Shown one piece after another: positions 29,711 through 40,247 of a stretch of DNA of 64,000 nt (positions are counted from its first letter, which is position 1; the number at the start of each line of letters is the position of its first letter). Origin of the DNA: a virus (taxonomy: Duplodnaviria; Caudoviricetes). The position numbers and the translations under genes were made by a program. Location of the stretch: the IMG/VR virus record IMGVR_UViG_3300021255_002694, one strand, 5' to 3'. Under the pieces are notes generated by a model that did no database searches, was not told where the DNA came from, and saw nothing but the letters and a program-made list of their open reading frames with translations.

Positions 29711-31025
29711 GATTCAAGCTATCAACAGGATTCTAAGATCACAGTCTGTTGATATGGTTCTTGACAACGAATTAACAGAGAAGCATTTTCATCTATATAC
29801 AGATGAGTTTAACTTCATTATGGATCATTACAGACAGTATGGCAATGTTCCAGATGTTGAAACATTTGTAGATGAATTTCAAGAATTTGACATACTTGAA
29901 GTGTCTGAATCAGAAGAATATCTAGTTGATAAGTTAAACGAGGAATTTATGTATCGGGAGTTAATTCCGATTACATCCAAGTTTAACGAAATGGCTACAT
30001 CAGGAAACGCTAGAGAAGCGCGTGATTATCTTTTAACAGCACTTTCGGAAGTTGAGCAATCATATTCTAATATTGGAATAAGTATTGTTCACGAGGGCGC
30101 TGAAATGCGCCTAGAGGAATATCGTAAGAAAAAAGATGCCACAGAACCGTGGATGCGTCCAACAGGTTTTAAGGAACTTGATGATGAAATAGGTGGTCTG
30201 TCGCCAGGAGAAGAATTTTTAGTAATTGTTGCTAGAACAAATAACGGTAAATCATGGGTTCTTGCAAAGATACTAGAACATAATTGGCGACTAGGTTTCA
30301 GAGTTGGATATATTTCTCCTGAAATGAGTGCTAATCAGATCGGATATAGATTTGATACTTTGAATGAACATTTTTCAAATTTTGCTCTGTATGCTGGCAG
30401 AGATACAGAAGATGATTACGAGAAATACATTGAAAATCTGAAAAACAATTCAAAGGGAGATTTTATTGTTGCAACTCCACTTGATTTTAACAAGAAAATT
30501 ACAATTTCAAAGCTAAGAAAGTTTTGTTTGAAAAATAAATTAGATGTTCTAGGAATTGACGGCATTACATATATCACAGACGAGAGATACAAAAAAGGTG
30601 ATAATAAAACGACGTCACTTACAAACATATCCGAAGATTTAATGAGCCTTAGTTGCGAATTGAAAATTCCGATCATTGCGGTTGTTCAGGCTAATAGATC
30701 AGGTGTTGATGAGGATGGTGGAGTTCCATCACTTGAAAGTATTAGAGATTCTGACGGTATTTCGCATAATGCTTCAAAGGTTCTTTCAATTCGTCAACAT
30801 AATAATAAACTTAAAATGGAGATCACAAAAGCTAGAAACTGTAAGGTCGGAACTAAGCTAGTATATGACTGGCAAATTGATGTTGGTAGATTTGAGTTCA
30901 ATCCAAGCGGTGATGATGATTATAGTTCTGACGATCTTGAATCACGTAGACCAAGCAGACATGAGCCTGTTGAAAATAAGCAACCGCTTGTTAATCGTAG
31001 AGGGAGTTCTCAAAATCCATTTTAA
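29685..31025 (+). CDS. DnaB-like replicative helicase
   Basis: ARTNNGKS, SPEMS, IDG..I, QANR and S.GI...A motifs. Confidence 0.9.
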   Translation: MAAKTGIVEIQAINRILRSQSVDMVLDNELTEKHFHLYTDEFNFIMDHYRQYGNVPDVETFVDEFQEFDILEVSESEEYLVDKLNEEFMYRELIPITSKFNEMATSGNAREARDYLLTALSEVEQSYSNIGISIVHEGAEMRLEEYRKKKDATEPWMRPTGFKELDDEIGGLSPGEEFLVIVARTNNGKSWVLAKILEHNWRLGFRVGYISPEMSANQIGYRFDTLNEHFSNFALYAGRDTEDDYEKYIENLKNNSKGDFIVATPLDFNKKITISKLRKFCLKNKLDVLGIDGITYITDERYKKGDNKTTSLTNISEDLMSLSCELKIPIIAVVQANRSGVDEDGGVPSLESIRDSDGISHNASKVLSIRQHNNKLKMEITKARNCKVGTKLVYDWQIDVGRFEFNPSGDDDYSSDDLESRRPSRHEPVENKQPLVNRRGSSQNPF

Positions 31026-31051
31026 CCTAGTATTTTTATAGGTGATTAAAT

Positions 31052-31333
31052 ATGAAAGAGATTTCAATAGAATTAAAAAAGTACACAAAAGATTACCTGT
31101 CAAAAAATCCAGATAAGGTTTTCCAGAATCGTGAACTTATTGTAGAGGTCGATAACTCTGTTCCGGATGATCCTGTATATCGTTTTAAGTTGGGCGATGG
31201 TGTATCTCCGTATAAAGAGTTGAAATATATATCATCTTTATACTCATTATATCCTTCATTTTGCATATGCAACAAGTCATATACAAATAAGATAAATCTT
31301 AGTCTTGGCGGTGATGATTATGTTCACAGCTAA
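31052..31333 (+). CDS. Small protein resembling the Mtd/hyaluronidase N-terminal fibre domain
   Basis: E..VEVD....RFKLGDGVSPYKEL.Y resembles the GE..ETDT.KFK.GDG...W..L.Y motif. Confidence 0.45.
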   Translation: MKEISIELKKYTKDYLSKNPDKVFQNRELIVEVDNSVPDDPVYRFKLGDGVSPYKELKYISSLYSLYPSFCICNKSYTNKINLSLGGDDYVHS

Positions 31334-32339
31334 CGGTACACCAATCCTTGCTGATGAAGTCGAAGTTCTTGTAGAACTTAGAGATCAGCTTGCTCTAAAT
31401 GGGCTTGATCTATTGAGAGATATACGAAGAATAGATAATCATATACAGATAACGTGTCCATTTCACAAAGATGGTCATGAGTCAAAGCCGTCATGCGGAA
31501 TAACAACAAATGATATAAAATATGGAGACAAACTTGTTAAGTCTGGAACAGTGCATTGTTTTACATGTGGATATGTTTCATCACTTGAAGAAATGATTTC
31601 CAGACTATTCGGACGGAATGATATGGGTACGTTCGGTATTGAGTGGCTGAAAAAGAACTTCATGACAATTCAGTATGAACAGCGTGAATCACTTATAGAT
31701 TTGGGATCAAAGGATAAAGTTCAAAAAGAAGATATTAAATATGTATCTGAGGAAGAACTTGATTCATACAGATATATTCATCCATATGCATACAAGCGCA
31801 GACTTACGGACGAGATAATTGAGCAATTTGATGTTGGATACGATGATCATTTTATATTAACGAGTAAAGACGGCAGAGAGTTTAAGTTACGATGTCTTAC
31901 ATTTCCTGTTCGTGATGAAACAGGTGGTACATTATTTATAGCAAGACGATCTGTCGATACGAAGCTATTTCATTATCCGTCAGGTGTTGATAAACCTGTA
32001 TATGGTGTATATGAATTATCTCTTATTGATCCATACCCAAATGAAGTTATAATATGTGAATCAATATTAAATTGTCTTACATGTTGGGTATACGGAAAAT
32101 ATGCAGTTGCTTTGAATGGAACTGGAACAAAACAGCAGCTAGAACAACTGCGTAGAATGCCATGTAAAAAGTTTATATTAGGTCTTGATCCAGATGATGC
32201 CGGAAATAGAGGACGTCAGAAAATAAAAAATTATTTGAAAAATGATAAGTTTCTAAGTGAATACATAATACCAAAAGGAAAAGATATAAACGATCTAACA
32301 AAAGAACAGTTTGATTCGTTACAAGAGGTATTTTGTTAA
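31320..32339 (+). CDS. DNA primase (CHC2 zinc finger plus Toprim)
   Basis: CPFH...PSC...HCFTCG; ICES..N, LD.DDAG and KDIND motifs. Confidence 0.92.
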   Translation: MFTANGTPILADEVEVLVELRDQLALNGLDLLRDIRRIDNHIQITCPFHKDGHESKPSCGITTNDIKYGDKLVKSGTVHCFTCGYVSSLEEMISRLFGRNDMGTFGIEWLKKNFMTIQYEQRESLIDLGSKDKVQKEDIKYVSEEELDSYRYIHPYAYKRRLTDEIIEQFDVGYDDHFILTSKDGREFKLRCLTFPVRDETGGTLFIARRSVDTKLFHYPSGVDKPVYGVYELSLIDPYPNEVIICESILNCLTCWVYGKYAVALNGTGTKQQLEQLRRMPCKKFILGLDPDDAGNRGRQKIKNYLKNDKFLSEYIIPKGKDINDLTKEQFDSLQEVFC

Positions 32340-32364
32340 GTGATAATAATAATTCAAAAATACC

Positions 32365-32393
32365 TTGACATTCTTTTCCATTCATGCTATGAT
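32365..32393 (+). promoter_or_regulatory. sigmaA-type promoter
   Basis: TTGACA-17-TATGAT with TG extension. Confidence 0.75.
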
Positions 32394-32399
32394 AAGATC

Positions 32400-32696
32400 A
32401 GAAAGATGAAAAACACGTAAAAACATAAGAGTATAAGAGAGCAGGAGGAATCCACATGATACGATTTAACACTTCATGATAAATATATTATGTTTTTTAA
32501 CAATATAGTATAACTCAAATAAACATGTTTATTGCTGCAACGTGCGATTTTAGTTATACGTATTGGTAATTGCATTTTATATTATTTTCTACCAGTCAGG
32601 ATGGTAGATTCGGTGATACTAGAATGTGTTAAATTGTTGAACGTGGCGCTCTGTTATACAAGTCCGCCAACTGACATTGGTGGACTTTTTTGTTTT
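32400..32696 (+). promoter_or_regulatory. Structured leader with a uORF and terminator, upstream of ssb/polA
   Basis: AGGAGG plus a 7-codon uORF (32456-32479), several stems, and terminator AAGTCCGCCAA-CTGACA-TTGGTGGACTT-T tract (32660-32696). Confidence 0.6.
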
Positions 32697-32788
32697 TACG
32701 CTGTTTGACATTTTTCTGTTCAAAACCAGATTTATGCATCTGGTTTAATATTATAAATTTTTTATACATATTGAAAGGAAGTAAGATT

Positions 32789-33469
32789 ATGAAATTCAAT
32801 GCAAATGAGATTGACAACTATGTACAGGAAACAACAGGTTATTTTTCACTAAAGGATGATGGTGATTCCGCACGAGTCAGAGTTCTTTATGAGGGTGTTT
32901 CCGATGTTGAGGGATTCTGCGTTCATCAGATTCAGATGAGAGATCGTAGTTTCAGATATGTTGACTGTATCAGAGACTACAATGATCCGATTGATGCTTG
33001 TCCGCTCTGTGCTTGCAAGAATGACGATAACAAGAAACTTCGTACAAAGATTTGGGTTCCACTCTACAATGTAGATACAAATGAGACTGTTATGTGGGAG
33101 CGTGGAAATCAGTTCTGGAAAAAGGTTCTCTATCCCCTGATGGTTGAAAAGGGTGAGCCATTCTGCGGACATATCTTTGAAATTGTCAGACATGGTGCTG
33201 CCGGAGATACAAACACAACATATGAGTTTGTTGATCTTGGTGTTGATGATACCACTCTTGATGATTTTGATGAAATTCCAAATCCACTTGGAACAATGAT
33301 CCTTAATAAGAATTTTGAAGAATTGACAACATTTGTAAAGACTGGTTCATTTGATGCTGATGAAGATGATATTCCGGATGTTCCTGTAAGACGCCGTGGT
33401 GCTTCAGCAGATAATGCTCCGGATGTTACAAGACGTAGAGGTACTACAAGACCTAACACCGATATCTGA
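32789..33469 (+). CDS. Single-stranded DNA-binding protein (gp32-like)
   Basis: FSLKDDG..ARVR.L, H...C.....CPLC, I.RHG..GDT.TTY and an acidic tail. Confidence 0.8.
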   Translation: MKFNANEIDNYVQETTGYFSLKDDGDSARVRVLYEGVSDVEGFCVHQIQMRDRSFRYVDCIRDYNDPIDACPLCACKNDDNKKLRTKIWVPLYNVDTNETVMWERGNQFWKKVLYPLMVEKGEPFCGHIFEIVRHGAAGDTNTTYEFVDLGVDDTTLDDFDEIPNPLGTMILNKNFEELTTFVKTGSFDADEDDIPDVPVRRRGASADNAPDVTRRRGTTRPNTDI

Positions 33470-33483
33470 GGACGGTGATTTAA

Positions 33484-36400
33484 GTGGCTGGGTTTTTCAA
33501 CTTACCTAGTGCGGAGTGTACAAAGAAGAAAGACCAGCAACTTCTAAAAAAGGCATCTAGTCCTGTTAAGTCAGTATCTACAACTGCCGTTACATTGAAA
33601 GGTTCTACAAAACTAATTGATAGAATCAATGCAATTACAACAGTTGTTAAATCAAAGTTCGCCGGAAAGGAAGATGAACTTGAACTAATTACAACAGAAG
33701 ATCATCTTATTAAATATATTGATAAGTGTATCGAAAATAATGTAATTAGTATTGATACGGAGACTACAGGACTTGATCCTTTTTTAGATAATATTGTTGG
33801 TATTTGTATTTATACACCAGAATTAAAATCAGCTTATATACCAATAAATCATATAAGTTATATTACAGAACAAAAGTGTGCTAACCAGTTACCTATTGAT
33901 TTTTTGCATGATCAGTTTCAGCGATTAGTTGATGCAAATGTAAAAACAATCTGGTTCAATGCACCTTTCGATATTAGATTCTTACAGAATAAAATAAATG
34001 TAAGATTCACTCCATATTTTGATACATCTGTAGCTGCAATGTGTCTAAACAGTGATGAACCAAAAGGTTCAGGAACTTTGAAAGCATTACATAAAAAGTA
34101 TTGTTGGGGAGATCGCGGAGAAGCATTAACATTCGGAAAGTTGTTTGATAATCTTCCGTTTAATCTAATTCCAATAGATGTTGCTTATTTATATGCTGCA
34201 AGTGATGCTATTTATACATATGAATTGTATGAGTTTCAAGCACAATATCTTGAACCAACAGGTCAGTATTATCAGTCACACCATATGGAAGGTGTATCAA
34301 ATGTTTTCTTTAACATTGAAATGAAGTCAATGCCGACATTTATTGATATGGAACAAATAGGTGTTGAAATTGACTATGATCATGCTAAAGAGATTTATGA
34401 TCGCTACCATGAACTTGCAAATAAGATGAAACAAAACCTTGAAGATGTATGCAAACCGTATCAGCAATTATTTGATGATTATAGACGTAAGCATCCGATG
34501 TGCAAGCTAACTGATCCAATTAACTATGATTCTCCAACACAGCTTGCAATCATTATATATGATATTCTAGGTCTAACATCACCGGATAAACGTAAGCCGA
34601 GAGGCACTGGTGCAAATATACTAAAACAGTTAGATCATCCAATCGTTAAAGCTGTTCTTGATAACAGATCGTTTAATAAGGTTTTATCAGCATTCATTGA
34701 TACACTTCCAGAAAAAGCAAAGTTATATCCAGATAAGCGGATTCACTGTAGCTTTAAACAGTACGGTGCAGCTTGTGTTGTAGGAGATACATCAATCTTA
34801 ACACCAAACGGAAGTATGCCAATATCATCTATTTTTAATGGTGATGAAGAATCTGGTATATCCTATGATACAGATTTAACTATTATAAATAGGAATATTG
34901 AACCTGAAAAAGCATCTCACAGAATTGTATACAGAAATGTTGATACGATTAGGATTACTTTGCGCGGTGGGTATAAGATTGAGGGTACTCCGAATCATCC
35001 AGTAGTTTGCTCGATGCTTACAAAAGATGATATTCTTAGGAATAAGAGTTCAAAACAGATTTCAAGGCTTCCTGAAAATGCTGATTTTAGGATGCTTTCA
35101 GACATAAAAATAGGCGACATTGTAGAAATACCGTATGGTTATAATATATTTCCAACAGAGTATGTGAAAGCATGTGAAAATGATTTTAATATTGATTTCA
35201 TTGATGAGGATTTTGCAGAATTCCTTGGGATGTATCATGCAGATGGTTACATTAAAACATCAAGTGGTGGAATGACAATTTGTTTGTGTAATGATGATCA
35301 GGAAGTTATTGAAAGATATTCAGAACTGTGCTTAAAGTTGTTCGGTATTAAGTGCAAAACATATGTTTATAAGAATAATAGTGTTGTTACATATTGCACA
35401 TGTTATAGGTTGAGATCAATTAAAAGGTATTTATCTTTTGGGGCAAGAAATAAAACAATGCCTGTTGAGATAATGAGATCGCCAAAATCAGTAATATGCT
35501 CTTATATAAGAGGTATGACACTTGACAGCGGTTTTGATAGTTCTCGACAGAGATTGTATATGACATGTGTCGATAAATCAACCTATAATTTCATAGAGCA
35601 GTTCTTATTGAATATTGGAATTTTTACATGCACACGGTTTGGAAAGTATCAAAGTAAAAATAATCATAGTGGTGAACTATGTGATGAAAAGGAAACATAC
35701 CGTATTGGTGTTTCAGGAGAAATGTATAAAAGATTTCTTGATGAAATCGGTTTCATAGAATCATGCAAAGTATATAATACTGATTCTTATAATCATAGTT
35801 GGTATTTAACTTGTGATAATAGATACTATGCATATGTTAAGAAAGTTGAGTATAGAAAAGCTGATGTATATGATCTTACAGTTCCAGAAACACATAGTTT
35901 CATCTCTAACGGAATGATAAGCCATAATACAGGTAGAGTTTCGTGCAAATCGCCAAATCTGCAACAAATTCCAAGCCGTCCTTTTGTGCTAAGTGATGGA
36001 ACTGAAATTGATTCCGGTCATGATGTAAGACAGCTATTCATGGCAACGCCAGGATATATGCTATTATCATGTGACTATTCAGGACAGGAAGTAAGAGTTA
36101 CGGCAGATTTGAGTCAAGATGAAAAACTTATTCAAGCATACAGAGAGGGTAAGGACCCTTATTGTGAAATTGCATCTCTTGCATTTGGTGTTCCTTATGA
36201 AGAATGTACTGAGTATAGAGCCGATGGTACATTTAATCCTGACGGAAAGAAACGTCGCGGAGAAGCAAAAAAAATTGTTTTGGGCGTGTTATATGGTAGA
36301 GGAATACCATCTATTGCAGAACAACTTGGTAAGACAGTAAAAGAAGCACAAAATATTTATGACAGCGTTCTTGCAAAGTTTGAGGGACTTGCAAAGTTCC

Positions 36401-36741
36401 TTGAAGCATCAGAAGATATGGCAAGAAAATATGGATATACCATAACGAAGTGGGGTAGACGCAGACAACTAAAGGACATGCAACTGCCATACTATGAGTT
36501 CGGGTATAAAAATGGTTTTACCCCTGACTTTGATCCACTATCAGATGATTCTTCTGATGTTTCAACAGAAGTTCCTATTGAAATAGTTGAAGTATTAACA
36601 AATAAACTATTGAATTGTTGGGGATATAAGAAACGAGAAGAATTAAAGGAACGAATCAGACAAAAGGGATATACAATTAAGGACAACACGACATACATAA
36701 AACGTGCGCAGAGACAATGTGTCAACAGCAGAGTCCAGGGT
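33484..36741 (+). CDS. polA: DNA polymerase family A, exon 1 (contains an intein)
   Basis: 3'-5' exonuclease DTETTG / YAASDA, TGR.S..SPNLQQIP after intein removal, motif A DYSGQE.R, motif B R..AK...GVLYG; ends at NSRVQG. Confidence 0.93.
34774..35928 (+). mobile_element. Intein (385 aa) with a LAGLIDADG homing-endonuclease domain in PolA
   Basis: Starts CVVGDT, block B GTPNHP, FLGMYHADG, ends VYDLTV..THSF.SNG.ISHN followed by +1 Thr. Removal restores QYGAA-TGRVS. Confidence 0.93.
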
Positions 36742-37774
36742 AGACATATAACTGCCCATTTACATTGAACCTTATTACTCAGGGGTGTGTGGTTATTAAA
36801 CCATGCTAACGGTATCAGTTGAATAAGACCGACTATGCAAACCTTACAAGGAGATCATAGTTATATTAAGGACGAAGTAGCTGACTAAGAGAGCCTAATG
36901 TCCAGAAATGGATAGATGGTAATACCGTGCTAACTCACAGCTTGTATATATATATATATGAAAGGTGGTGATTTAATTGAAAGACATATATGTAATAACT
37001 AATAAAGTGAATGGCAAACAGTATGTAGGTCAGACAAAAGTTGGGTATATTAAGAGATTCAGAGGTCATTGTTATTCATATAAGCGTGGAGTTCGGACAC
37101 TTATAAGTTGCGCTATACATGAGTTTGGCAGAGAAAATTTTTCTGTTTCGCTTATAAAATCTGTTCCGGATAAAGATGCAGACTTTTGGGAAATGTTCTA
37201 TATATGGTGTTATAAAACACACATATCTTGTGGTGGTTACAACATCACATATGGCGGAAAATCAAATCCAATGGATATCAAATATGCATGTGATAGACAT
37301 GATAGGGCTTGTCATTCAGATGAATTTATCGAAAAGCAGAGAAAGGCAAATACAGGAAAAAGAATGTCTGACGAGTCAAAAGAAAAGTGCAGACAAGCAA
37401 CGCTGAAAAATCTTGATATTTGCATAGCTGGATTTAGAGAGTATAACGAAAGTAGAAAGATACGAGTTGGAATGATTGACGATAGCGGAAATATTGTCAT
37501 GGAATTTGACAGCCTTTCAGATGCATGTAGATATCTCGGAGTAACAAAAAAATCATATACTGCATCAATAAAAAGATATGCAGATAAGTATAACAAGAAC
37601 GGTAAGCGTTCAAAATTCCTTGGTTATTCTTGGACATTGCTGTGAGAAGTCTATCGACTATCCTATTTAGGAGTAGGGCAGAGGATGAGTTACTGTCCGA
37701 AGTGTATGTAAACTGCATATATATATATGCAGTAAGATATAGTCAGTCCTTGTAGAAATACAAAGGGTACAACG
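36742..37774 (+). mobile_element. Group I intron in polA
   Basis: Exon 1 ends in U (CAG GGT). P1 is GGGUAG/CUGCCC with a U.G pair, and AACU/AGUU forms P10. The P7 elements GACTAT (~37656) and AAGATATAGTC (37734-37744) are present, and the intron ends in G. Splicing restores VQG-SSADLTK. Confidence 0.9.
36977..37645 (+). CDS. Intron-encoded GIY-YIG homing endonuclease (NUMOD3/NUMOD1-like C-terminus)
   Basis: IYVITNKVNGKQYVGQT..R..H, E..I, GYNI..GG; F.SLSDA.R.L motif. Confidence 0.9.
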   Translation: MKDIYVITNKVNGKQYVGQTKVGYIKRFRGHCYSYKRGVRTLISCAIHEFGRENFSVSLIKSVPDKDADFWEMFYIWCYKTHISCGGYNITYGGKSNPMDIKYACDRHDRACHSDEFIEKQRKANTGKRMSDESKEKCRQATLKNLDICIAGFREYNESRKIRVGMIDDSGNIVMEFDSLSDACRYLGVTKKSYTASIKRYADKYNKNGKRSKFLGYSWTLL

Positions 37775-38071
37775 AGTTCTGCTGATTTGACAAAACTTGC
37801 GCAAATAGAACTTTACAACAATGAGGAACTTAAAAAATTAGGTTTTAGAATGCTGATTCCGGTGCATGATGAAATTATAGCAGAGTGTCCGGAAGAAAAT
37901 GTAAAGCGTTGTTCTGAACTAATGAGCAAGTGTATGTTAGATGCCGGAAAAGACTTATGTGTTCCACTAAGTTGTGACGTAGCAGTATTTAAGAGTTGGT
38001 ATGGAAAAGAACTTGATCCTGATGCATATGATGATATGGATGAGGACGAGGATGAAGAAGAAAATTATTAA
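37775..38071 (+). CDS. polA: DNA polymerase family A, exon 2
   Basis: SSADLTKLA...motif C VHDEI...VPL.CD; acidic tail. Confidence 0.92.
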   Translation, partial: SSADLTKLAQIELYNNEELKKLGFRMLIPVHDEIIAECPEENVKRCSELMSKCMLDAGKDLCVPLSCDVAVFKSWYGKELDPDAYDDMDEDEDEEENY

Positions 38072-38089
38072 ACAAAGGAGAGTATTATA

Positions 38090-39181
38090 ATGGGTTCATT
38101 TTCTATTGAAACTGGTACATTGAAGTCTATGGTAACAAAGGCTTCAAAGGGTGCATCAAACAATAAGTTTAGTGCAATTACAAGTTTGATGAATGTTGTT
38201 GTTTCTTGCGGAAAGATTCATATTACAACAACTGATTCAAACAACTATCTTACTATTACAGATAGTGTTATGTCTGGTGATGATCTTTCATTTACTGTAA
38301 ATGTCGATATGTTTAGCAAACTTGTTGCTAAAACAAGCGTTGATGTTATTAAGATCACAGCAGATGATGATAAGATTTCATTCTCTGGTAACGGAACATA
38401 CAAGATTCCAATTCAGCTTGATGTTGATGGTTCTCCTATCAGATATCCTAATCATGATATTAACAATCCTGAAACATCTGGAACAGTTAAAGCATCTGTT
38501 ATTAAGAGTGTTATTTTCCATAATAAGCCATCATTGGCTCTTACAATGGAAGCACCGTATCTAACTGGTTATCTTTGTATGCCTGATTGTGTTATCTCTG
38601 CGGATTCATATAACATCTGTCTTAGTGAGTATGACATGTTTGATCGTGGTGTTCTTCTTCCGCCTGTAGTTCTTGAACTTCTTAGCATGTCAGCAGAGGA
38701 AGATATTTCCTACAAGATTTACGGTAACAACATTATGTTTGAAACTAACAGCATGAAATTGTTTGCTGTTATGATGGATGGATTTGACGATTATCCGGAA
38801 CAGACAATCAGAGGTATTTGTAACGCAGAATATCCGTCAAGTTGCACACTGCCAAAGAATGCAATCATTAGTGTAATTGATAGACTTTCTCTGTTCATTA
38901 AGGATAACGATGTTAATGGTGTGTACATGACATTCACAAAGAATGGTGTTACATTTGAATCAATCAATGGAAACGGTATTGAGACAATTCCATATCAGGG
39001 CAGCAATGGATTTACTGATTACACATGCTGTATTGGTGTTGATTCATTTAGAAAGCAGATCGCGGCACATTCAGGTGAATCAATCAATATTTATTACGGA
39101 AATGAAAATTCTGTTTCTATTATTGATGATAACATTACACAGGTTGTATCTCTAATGGATGATCCTAGACAGTCAGAGTAA
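38090..39181 (+). CDS. dnaN: DNA polymerase III beta sliding clamp
   Basis: 363 aa with a three-domain beta-clamp pattern (TTDS, L.G.., D.Y, G.YP, RLSL). Confidence 0.75.
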   Translation: MGSFSIETGTLKSMVTKASKGASNNKFSAITSLMNVVVSCGKIHITTTDSNNYLTITDSVMSGDDLSFTVNVDMFSKLVAKTSVDVIKITADDDKISFSGNGTYKIPIQLDVDGSPIRYPNHDINNPETSGTVKASVIKSVIFHNKPSLALTMEAPYLTGYLCMPDCVISADSYNICLSEYDMFDRGVLLPPVVLELLSMSAEEDISYKIYGNNIMFETNSMKLFAVMMDGFDDYPEQTIRGICNAEYPSSCTLPKNAIISVIDRLSLFIKDNDVNGVYMTFTKNGVTFESINGNGIETIPYQGSNGFTDYTCCIGVDSFRKQIAAHSGESINIYYGNENSVSIIDDNITQVVSLMDDPRQSE

Positions 39182-39196
39182 TTTACCGTTTTGTGC

Positions 39197-39229
39197 TATG
39201 CGCCATAGAATCTTTTTCTGTGGCGCATA
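39197..39229 (+). other. Intergenic hairpin without a U tract (processing or stabilising stem)
   Basis: TATGCGCCATAGAA/TTCTGTGGCGCATA. Confidence 0.5.
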
Positions 39230-39254
39230 TGTGCAAAGAGATTGGAGTTTTATA

Positions 39255-40247
39255 ATGTCAAAAGTATTGTTTACTGCTTGTCCAAAGGGAATTGGAAATC
39301 TTCTTGCAGATGATAATGTTGTTTCAGATGAAGTAATGTTCATGCAAGATTTTGATTTCACATCAAGACAGATGAACAAACATGAACCAAGATACTATTT
39401 TAAGGAAGTCACAAAAGAATCGAACCCAGAATATTTTGATTCATCTTCTAATATGATTAACGTGGTTGTATTGGATAACCTTCCAGATGAATGCAAACCA
39501 GAACATGTATATGAGACAAATCATCTTCTGTATCATACAAATGATCAAAAGTATTATATTGGAAAATACTATGACGGTAAGCCATCAAGACGATATAAGC
39601 CGTCAAGCATGAACTGTCTAAGATCAATGTATTATCAAATAATTGGAGCAGATTTGGATAAGCAATCACAGAAATCAAGTGATTTCTACGGAATATGTGA
39701 GAGTGGAACAGATAGACATAAGCGAATACAGTATACAATCACAAAAATGAAAGATTATGGTATTGACTGTGAGTATATGGATGTTGAAACATACATAAAA
39801 GAGAACAATATCGAAAATCTTATTGTAGAGGGCAAGGAAGAATTTGAAACAAAGGTATATGACTCTAAAAGAAATATAGTATTCCTGTGCGACGGTCTTT
39901 TAAGATATAGAGGAAAGTTATATGTTCTTGAAATTAAAACAGAGTCATCATATAAGTGGCTTGATCGAAGTCATGTAGATGATAAGCATTTGTATCAAGC
40001 ATATACATATTCACTTGAACTTGGTGTCGATGATGTTTTATTCTTCTATGAAAATCGTGATGTTTGCACAAAGAAACCTTATATTTTACACGTTACCGAT
40101 GAAAACAGAAGGTTTATTGAAGATCGTGTATCGTCATGTGATTCTTATGTGAAGCAGTCTATTGTTCCGCCTATTGAAGATACAGTATCTAACAGAATTT
40201 GTCAGTATTGTGATTATAGAACAAGGTGTAAGGTGGATAATAAATGA
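39255..40247 (+). CDS. Cas4-like PD-(D/E)XK exonuclease with Fe-S cysteines
   Basis: PSSMNC.R..Y, GT.RH, DG...LEIKT, Q...Y and C-terminal C..C.Y...C. Confidence 0.8.
   Translation: MSKVLFTACPKGIGNLLADDNVVSDEVMFMQDFDFTSRQMNKHEPRYYFKEVTKESNPEYFDSSSNMINVVVLDNLPDECKPEHVYETNHLLYHTNDQKYYIGKYYDGKPSRRYKPSSMNCLRSMYYQIIGADLDKQSQKSSDFYGICESGTDRHKRIQYTITKMKDYGIDCEYMDVETYIKENNIENLIVEGKEEFETKVYDSKRNIVFLCDGLLRYRGKLYVLEIKTESSYKWLDRSHVDDKHLYQAYTYSLELGVDDVLFFYENRDVCTKKPYILHVTDENRRFIEDRVSSCDSYVKQSIVPPIEDTVSNRICQYCDYRTRCKVDNK

Noticed and set aside
36742-36768. Premature stop / pseudogenised polA, or stop-codon recoding
   Set aside because: Explained by the group I intron. Other genes end normally at TAA/TGA, and no suppressor tRNA is present.
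36945-37732. (TA)n microsatellites
   Set aside because: Both lie in peripheral parts of the group I intron; the second is a CTGCATAT..ATATGCAG hairpin. They are not independent repeats.
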